A DNA stretch of 64,000 nucleotides from Phycisphaerae bacterium (GTDB lineage: Bacteria; Planctomycetota; Phycisphaerae; UBA1845). The stretch is from positions 1,952,001-2,016,000 of the forward strand of contig CAXXGO010000001.1 of assembly GCA_963666835.2 (NCBI GenBank). Reading direction: 5' to 3'. Positions 58,882-64,000 of this stretch are shown here, one piece after another (within the stretch, counting starts at the first letter, position 1; each line of letters starts with the position of its first letter). The notes beneath the pieces are model-generated. The model worked only from the letters and a program-made list of their open reading frames with translations, did no database searches and had not been told where the DNA came from. The position numbers and the translations under genes were made by a program.

Positions 58882-59433
58882 ATGTTTCGCCGGGCTATAA
58901 TCGCGGCCCTGACCGCCGGGGCGATCTCGCTGGCCGTCTTGGGGTGGGTTGGGTTCTGGGTCCCGATCTACGGTGATTGTCGGATCACGGATCGCTTGTG
59001 GTGCTACTTCTACACCGGCGAGGGTCTGATGCGGTTCTATTGCCTGCACGGCTACGGCGGCATCTACCTCGATTCGCCCAACGGGTTCGTACGCATGGAG
59101 GTCTGGCGGGCTGACGGGCGCGCCCTGCGGCATGTCTACAGCCACGCCTCGCCGAACGCGATAGCGCCGTACGCGGTGCTGTCACCAAGATGGCAGCCTG
59201 CCCGTCGCGGGCGTCGGCCGCTGGTTCGTCTGTATGGAGTCCGCACTTGGATGTGGGTGCCGATTGCGATTCTCGCGGTCTATCCGATCTCAACTTTTTC
59301 GCGCGAGCGGATCCGTCAGCGGGTGCGGTTGGTTCGCAGCCGTCGCGGCCAATGCCTTGACTGCGGCTACAACCTGACCGGCTTACCCGAGCCGCGTTGT
59401 CCGGAGTGTGGGTCGGCGATCAGGCCGGAGTAG
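58882..59433 (+). CDS. Membrane protein with C-terminal zinc ribbon
   Basis: Two TMs; CLDCGYNLTGL...CPECG at the C-terminus. Confidence 0.75.
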   Translation: MFRRAIIAALTAGAISLAVLGWVGFWVPIYGDCRITDRLWCYFYTGEGLMRFYCLHGYGGIYLDSPNGFVRMEVWRADGRALRHVYSHASPNAIAPYAVLSPRWQPARRGRRPLVRLYGVRTWMWVPIAILAVYPISTFSRERIRQRVRLVRSRRGQCLDCGYNLTGLPEPRCPECGSAIRPE

Positions 59434-59547
59434 CGTACGGTCCGGACTCCGTAGCGAGAGCTGCGACTGCCGATGTGCCGTCAACAACGGAACGGATAGT
59501 CGCCCGCTCGCTCGATCAGCCGCACGGATTAACCGATCGGACCCGTC

Positions 59548-59584
59548 AATAAGAAACGGGGCCGAGCCCGCAGGCCCGACCCCG
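59548..59584 (-). terminator. Rho-independent terminator of the pepT-MFS unit
   Basis: Minus strand CGGGGTCGGGCC-TGCG-GGCTCGGCCCCG followed by TTTCTTATT; G-U pairs form only on the minus strand. Confidence 0.8.
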
Positions 59585-59618
59585 GTTGTTTCAGAGTTTC
59601 TCTGTCTCCGTCAGGCGC

Positions 59619-62186
59619 TTACTTGCTTGCACTCGTCTTGAAGCCCCGACCAACCCAGCCTTTGGCGACGATCAGCATGATCGTGGAGGTAATCGCGATA
59701 CATCCGAAGTAGAACCACATAAGCTCGGTGTTCCGTATACCTTCTGCCGGGCAGTACCGATCCATCATCCATCCGGAATAGAGTGCCGGAACCAGCATCT
59801 TCGTCATGAACCACGGCAACTGGGCGACGCCCATGTACTGTCCGGTTCGGCCTTCCGGGGCAATCTCCGCCGCGTACTGCAGGAAGCGGGGCTGCCACAT
59901 AGCTTCGCCGATTGTCATGATTAACAGGTATCCGACCAGGGTCCACGCGTAGGGCCCAATAGCCAACAAGAACGCAGGTGCTGCCATGATGAACGTTCCG
60001 TAGATCATCATGTTGTATACCTTGGCCTTCTGGGTGGCTGCGGCAATCAGCGGGACGGCGATGAAGATTAAGATGGGGTTGGCGTTGGCTGCAAGCTCGA
60101 AGTACTCGCCAATCCAGCCTTCAAAGGCACGGGAGATGTATTGCGGCAGAATGAACCAGTTGTACGTGAAAAGCGTCTGAACTGGTATCAAGGCGAAGAT
60201 AAAGAAGAAGAACTTGGCATCGGCCAACGGATGCTTCGCCAACCATCGACCCGAAGCCGGAAGACCGCAGGCGACGAGCCAAGCAACACCCAAGATGGCA
60301 CAGACGTAGTAGTTCCAGGGTTCGCTTACCCTCCAGTGGATAGCCACCAGCGATACGAGGATGAACACCCACATATGTACCGGGGGTACGCGGGCTCCCG
60401 TCTCTTGTGCCGGTGCAATCTCGACTACTGCCGGCTTCTCCTCCGGCGTTTCTTCTGGCTTCTCTTCCGGTTTCGCCTTCTCTTCGGCCGCTTCGATTTC
60501 TGCGGTTTCGGCCTTCGCCCGTTCGATCGCCGCCGCCACCGTCTTCCTCGAGAGGATGACGACTGTGACGAATAGCGCGATCAGAGTTATGCCAGTGTAC
60601 ACCCAGTAGGTTCCGGGAATCCCAAGCCCGAGCCAGTTCTCATCACGCAACATGAACGCCCAACTTGGCAAATACCCGCCCAGGTTCATGAGGGCGTAGA
60701 GCATTGCAAACCCCATCGCCGCGGTCTTGGGGGTTGTGAACTGGCGAACGGCCGCGTAGGCCGCAGGCTGGTACATGCCGTAGCCGATTACTACTAATAC
60801 CATCCCCAGCAACGTCACTACGTGGAGCGGAGACCATACCGGATTGACAAACGCGAAGATTGCCGAGCCGTTCCTCTCCGCCTGGAGGAAGTATCCGCCG
60901 TTACGGACATACGAAACGTAAACATCGTCCAGGACAATGTCGACCGGGCCGTCGTCCATACTGCGCAGCTCGGCAATGGTCGCGGTTGTAGAAGTCTCTG
61001 GTATCTTAGTGTCATCGAGCGCCCATCTTTCCGTCGCCCTCTGGTCTTTCTCGTGGCTGCCGGGTTTTGGTTCGCAAACCTGCGCGTCCTTTTGGGATCC
61101 CTCCGGCGGTGGTGTCGACTGGAGGATACGGAGGATCCGGCTACCCCACAGGGCGGGCTCTGTTGACCGCACGATTCCAGCGACGCGATCGGCCAACGCA
61201 CCGCGCTTGTTGGTCTCTAGGAGCTTCGTGACCAGCTCGCCTACATCTTCGCCTTCGGCCGGTCGTAGTTTCTCGATCCCCAGGAGGATCTTAGCATCGT
61301 CTTCGTTGACGCACTGGGACACATCGACGCGAGTGAACTCCTCCGACCAGTGACAGCGAATGACGTACTCATAGCTTTCACGGTCCTCGCTACCCTGCTC
61401 AGCTGCTTCGCCCTCCTTGGCGGTCTCATCGGCGTCGCGTTTGTTGTTGTCTTTGCGGGCGGTTACGTAGGCGCTGTCCAGCGAGATCACGGCGCCCGGA
61501 CTAATGCACTGGTCCTTGGCGGAGCGCGCCAGCAAGCGGGCTGTGACCGGTGCGCTTCCATACTGTAGGAGCCAGGAATTCTCCTCTCCGCTAATGACCG
61601 TGGCCTCACTTACCCTGACGAGCTTTGACTCCAGCTCCGCGGTCGGAACAACACCCTCACCGGCGGCAAGGTCAATTGCCAACACGTCGGTGACATCGGC
61701 GCCGCCCTCATCATTGGCGAATACGGTCGCCTCGGCTATGGTCTTGTTGCCGTCTCTAGTGGTGAGCTCGCTGATGTGTAAGCTCACTTGGTCGCCGACC
61801 ATGACTCCGGGCCGTGCAGGTTCGAGCCCAAGCACGTTCGGAGCCCCGGACATGAACATACGCCCGCAGAGCATGCATACAAATGCGGCAATCAACGCGA
61901 ACCGGATTCCCCACTTGTCCGCCACCGAGCCAAGGAAGAGCATCGCCAGCGTAATGCCGGCGGTCAAAAACCCCACGTTGTAATGCGCTGACTCGTCCGC
62001 ATGTTCGATGCCCTGGAAAATAAAATCCGAGAAGTGGATCGCCAGATACCCGAGCATGCCGAAGTAAACCATACCCTCGAGCACGTACGCGAGGTTGACC
62101 CCCCACAGTGCCCGGGGGGCGCGTACGAGGTCGACAAAAGGCTGAACGATTTCCTGGAGGGGACTCTTATTCTGCTCTTCGCTCAT
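59619..62186 (-). CDS. MFS transporter (peptide-transporter-like) with a ~330-aa soluble insertion
   Basis: Motif A GSVADKWGIR, GFAMLYALMNLGG, IGEA.WQPR...APEGRTGQYMG; insertion between TM3 and TM4. Confidence 0.88.
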   Translation of the reverse strand: MSEEQNKSPLQEIVQPFVDLVRAPRALWGVNLAYVLEGMVYFGMLGYLAIHFSDFIFQGIEHADESAHYNVGFLTAGITLAMLFLGSVADKWGIRFALIAAFVCMLCGRMFMSGAPNVLGLEPARPGVMVGDQVSLHISELTTRDGNKTIAEATVFANDEGGADVTDVLAIDLAAGEGVVPTAELESKLVRVSEATVISGEENSWLLQYGSAPVTARLLARSAKDQCISPGAVISLDSAYVTARKDNNKRDADETAKEGEAAEQGSEDRESYEYVIRCHWSEEFTRVDVSQCVNEDDAKILLGIEKLRPAEGEDVGELVTKLLETNKRGALADRVAGIVRSTEPALWGSRILRILQSTPPPEGSQKDAQVCEPKPGSHEKDQRATERWALDDTKIPETSTTATIAELRSMDDGPVDIVLDDVYVSYVRNGGYFLQAERNGSAIFAFVNPVWSPLHVVTLLGMVLVVIGYGMYQPAAYAAVRQFTTPKTAAMGFAMLYALMNLGGYLPSWAFMLRDENWLGLGIPGTYWVYTGITLIALFVTVVILSRKTVAAAIERAKAETAEIEAAEEKAKPEEKPEETPEEKPAVVEIAPAQETGARVPPVHMWVFILVSLVAIHWRVSEPWNYYVCAILGVAWLVACGLPASGRWLAKHPLADAKFFFFIFALIPVQTLFTYNWFILPQYISRAFEGWIGEYFELAANANPILIFIAVPLIAAATQKAKVYNMMIYGTFIMAAPAFLLAIGPYAWTLVGYLLIMTIGEAMWQPRFLQYAAEIAPEGRTGQYMGVAQLPWFMTKMLVPALYSGWMMDRYCPAEGIRNTELMWFYFGCIAITSTIMLIVAKGWVGRGFKTSASK

Positions 62187-62342
62187 CTTCGCGGGTCTTT
62201 CCTGTGTGGGGCGCCGAGCCGTGGCGGCGCACCGATATCGCGGCTATGCCAACATGACCGGAACTCGCGGCCGCTGCGCGACCCGGCCAGACAAATCTCC
62301 CGCATCACGGGCGCTCATGGTTCAGATGAGCAACGCGCGACT

Positions 62343-63572
62343 CTACTTTTCCTTGCCCCACAGCTTGGCCAGCTCGATCAACACCTTGAAGGAGTTCTCC
62401 ATCTGCTCAACACAGGCGAACTCCAGCGGGGAGTGGAAGTTGTGCATGCCGACCGAAAGGTTAGGCGTCGGCAGGCCCATCTCGCTCAATCGAGACCCGT
62501 CCGTCCCGCCGCGGATCGACTGGAAGACCGGCGTCAATCCGGCATTCCGGACCGCTTTCTCGGCCATCTCTACCGCCCGCGGTTCGTTGTTCAGGTGCTC
62601 GATCATATTGCGGTACTGCTTCTGGACGTTTATCTCAATCTTGGCCTTCGGGTACTCCGCCAGAATCGACGCCGCCACGTTCTCGAGGATCTTGGCTTGC
62701 TCGGCAAGCTCGTCGGTAACGAAGCTGCGCAGAAGAATGCGGATCTTTGCTTCCGGCACCCCGCCTTCAATCGCATAAGGATGCAGGAATCCATCGCGGT
62801 CCGATGTCGTTTCCGGGGCCAGACGTTGCCAGGGCAGCCGGCTGATGAACAGCCCGGCCAGCCGGATCGCATTAATCATCACGCCGTCGGCGAAGCCCGG
62901 ATGGATGTTCTTGCCGGTAATGGTGACCGTGGCCATGTCGGCCGAGAAGGTCTCGTTCTCGATTCCGCCTTCACCCTCGCCGTCGAGAGTGTAAGCGCAC
63001 CGCGCGTCGATCTTCTTGATATCGACCTTGTCGCATCCGCGTCCGACCTCTTCGTCGCAGGTGAAACAGACCCGGATCGGGCCGTGCTTGATGTCGGGGT
63101 TACTCTGCAAATGGGCGGCGGCCGTCATGATTACCGCTACGCCGGCCTTATCGTCGGCTCCGAGCAAAGTCGTGCCGTCGGTGGTGATGAGGGTCTTGCC
63201 CTTCAACTCGGTCATGCCCTTGGTTTCGCTGGTCAGGATGACCTTGGTCTTGTCGCCGGGCAGGGTAATGTCCTTGCCGTCGTAGTTTCTGACGATTTGC
63301 GGTTTGACGTCCTTGCCGGAGGCGTCGGGCGAGGTGTCCATGTGGGCGAGCCAGGCAATCGTCGGGGCGCCGTCCACGTTGCCGGGGATTGTGCCCATCA
63401 CGATACCACCCTCATGGGCGGCGACGTCCACTAGTTTCAGCTCCTTCATCTCCCCCATCAGGATTTTTCCGAGCTCGAGCTGCCCCTCGGAACTCGGGTA
63501 CTTGTCCGTCTCCTCGACGGCCGTGGTTTCTACTTTTACGTAACGGTCAAACCGGTCTACCAATGATTCCAT
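62343..63572 (-). CDS. pepT: Peptidase T (M20B tripeptide aminopeptidase)
   Basis: AHMDTS, GTTLLGADDKAG, DEEVGRG, YTLDG, IRGGTDG, HNFHS. Confidence 0.97.
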   Translation of the reverse strand: MESLVDRFDRYVKVETTAVEETDKYPSSEGQLELGKILMGEMKELKLVDVAAHEGGIVMGTIPGNVDGAPTIAWLAHMDTSPDASGKDVKPQIVRNYDGKDITLPGDKTKVILTSETKGMTELKGKTLITTDGTTLLGADDKAGVAVIMTAAAHLQSNPDIKHGPIRVCFTCDEEVGRGCDKVDIKKIDARCAYTLDGEGEGGIENETFSADMATVTITGKNIHPGFADGVMINAIRLAGLFISRLPWQRLAPETTSDRDGFLHPYAIEGGVPEAKIRILLRSFVTDELAEQAKILENVAASILAEYPKAKIEINVQKQYRNMIEHLNNEPRAVEMAEKAVRNAGLTPVFQSIRGGTDGSRLSEMGLPTPNLSVGMHNFHSPLEFACVEQMENSFKVLIELAKLWGKEK

Positions 63573-64000
63573 CGTGCATCTCCACTAGGAAGCGACCTAC
63601 ACCTACCGGCCGCGGATTCCGTGCTTCGCAAGGTGCTCGTTCGCATCGCCTGTGCCGGGGAATCCGCAGCATCGCAGATCGTTTTGTAAGGGCATGTGGT
63701 TCAAAGTGCAACTCGCGGGCCTCACGGCGAGGCTTACAACAAAATACAGTCGTGCGCTTAGTTCTGTTCTGCCGGGGAACATCGTAACCGGCCTGCGAAA
63801 AACCGCGGTTTTCCGGCAGGTTTGCCGGCTCGACGCCGTCCAGTAGGCGTGGCGACGAGGGTTGCAGGCGCGGGATGCGTTCAGGATTTGCCTTGTTAGC
63901 AATACGCTGGACGGATACGCTGGTTGACCGGTCCGGGGCGACGCCGGGGGCAGGCCGATCTTGCGGGGCGGGGTGGTCGAGCTTCGAAGGTCGATCTGCT

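Noticed and set aside
63799..63812. 14-bp palindrome AAAACCGCGGTTTT upstream of pepT as an operator
   Set aside because: Single occurrence with no cognate regulator in view; cannot be distinguished from chance or part of a hairpin.
1..64000. tRNA (including tRNA-Sec), rRNA, transposase or integrase genes
   Set aside because: No cloverleaf with a T-loop consensus, rRNA-like stretch or DDE/Y1/tyrosine-recombinase ORF was recognised; a by-eye search can miss these.

Overview
GC-rich bacterial DNA, roughly 60-65% GC by eye. It is most likely a Planctomycetota (Phycisphaerae-like) genome, inferred from the CxxCGYNLxG...CxECG zinc-ribbon membrane proteins, an ECF sigma/Ser-Thr kinase pair, many dockerin-like secreted proteins and PEP-/IPTL-CTERM sorting signals. 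Housekeeping genes include purD, ftsH, lptE-like, bamD-like, mqnD, mnmA and pepT. The strongest hidden signal is a ~1318-aa secreted protein (9800-13756) that the ORF track splits at an in-frame TGA. That TGA sits at the first Cys position of a thioredoxin/Omp28 CxxC motif (UGYC) and is followed by a SECIS-like hairpin, so this is a probable unannotated modular selenoprotein (Omp28, FGE-sulfatase-like, 7-blade propeller, dockerin-like). Other candidates: a ~19-kb cluster of cohesin-like and dockerin-like secreted proteins with membrane anchors; a tight five-gene operon (cysteine desulfurase, two small unknown proteins, two atypical V4R proteins); an MFS transporter with a ~330-aa periplasmic, apparently circularly permuted OB-fold insertion next to pepT; several proteins that have lost canonical functional residues (NikR, 3-hydroxyacyl-CoA dehydrogenase, K+ channel filter); and two families of REP-like palindromes. 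No rRNA, tRNA, CRISPR array or transposase was recognised. All domain calls come from motif recognition by eye; no searches were run.
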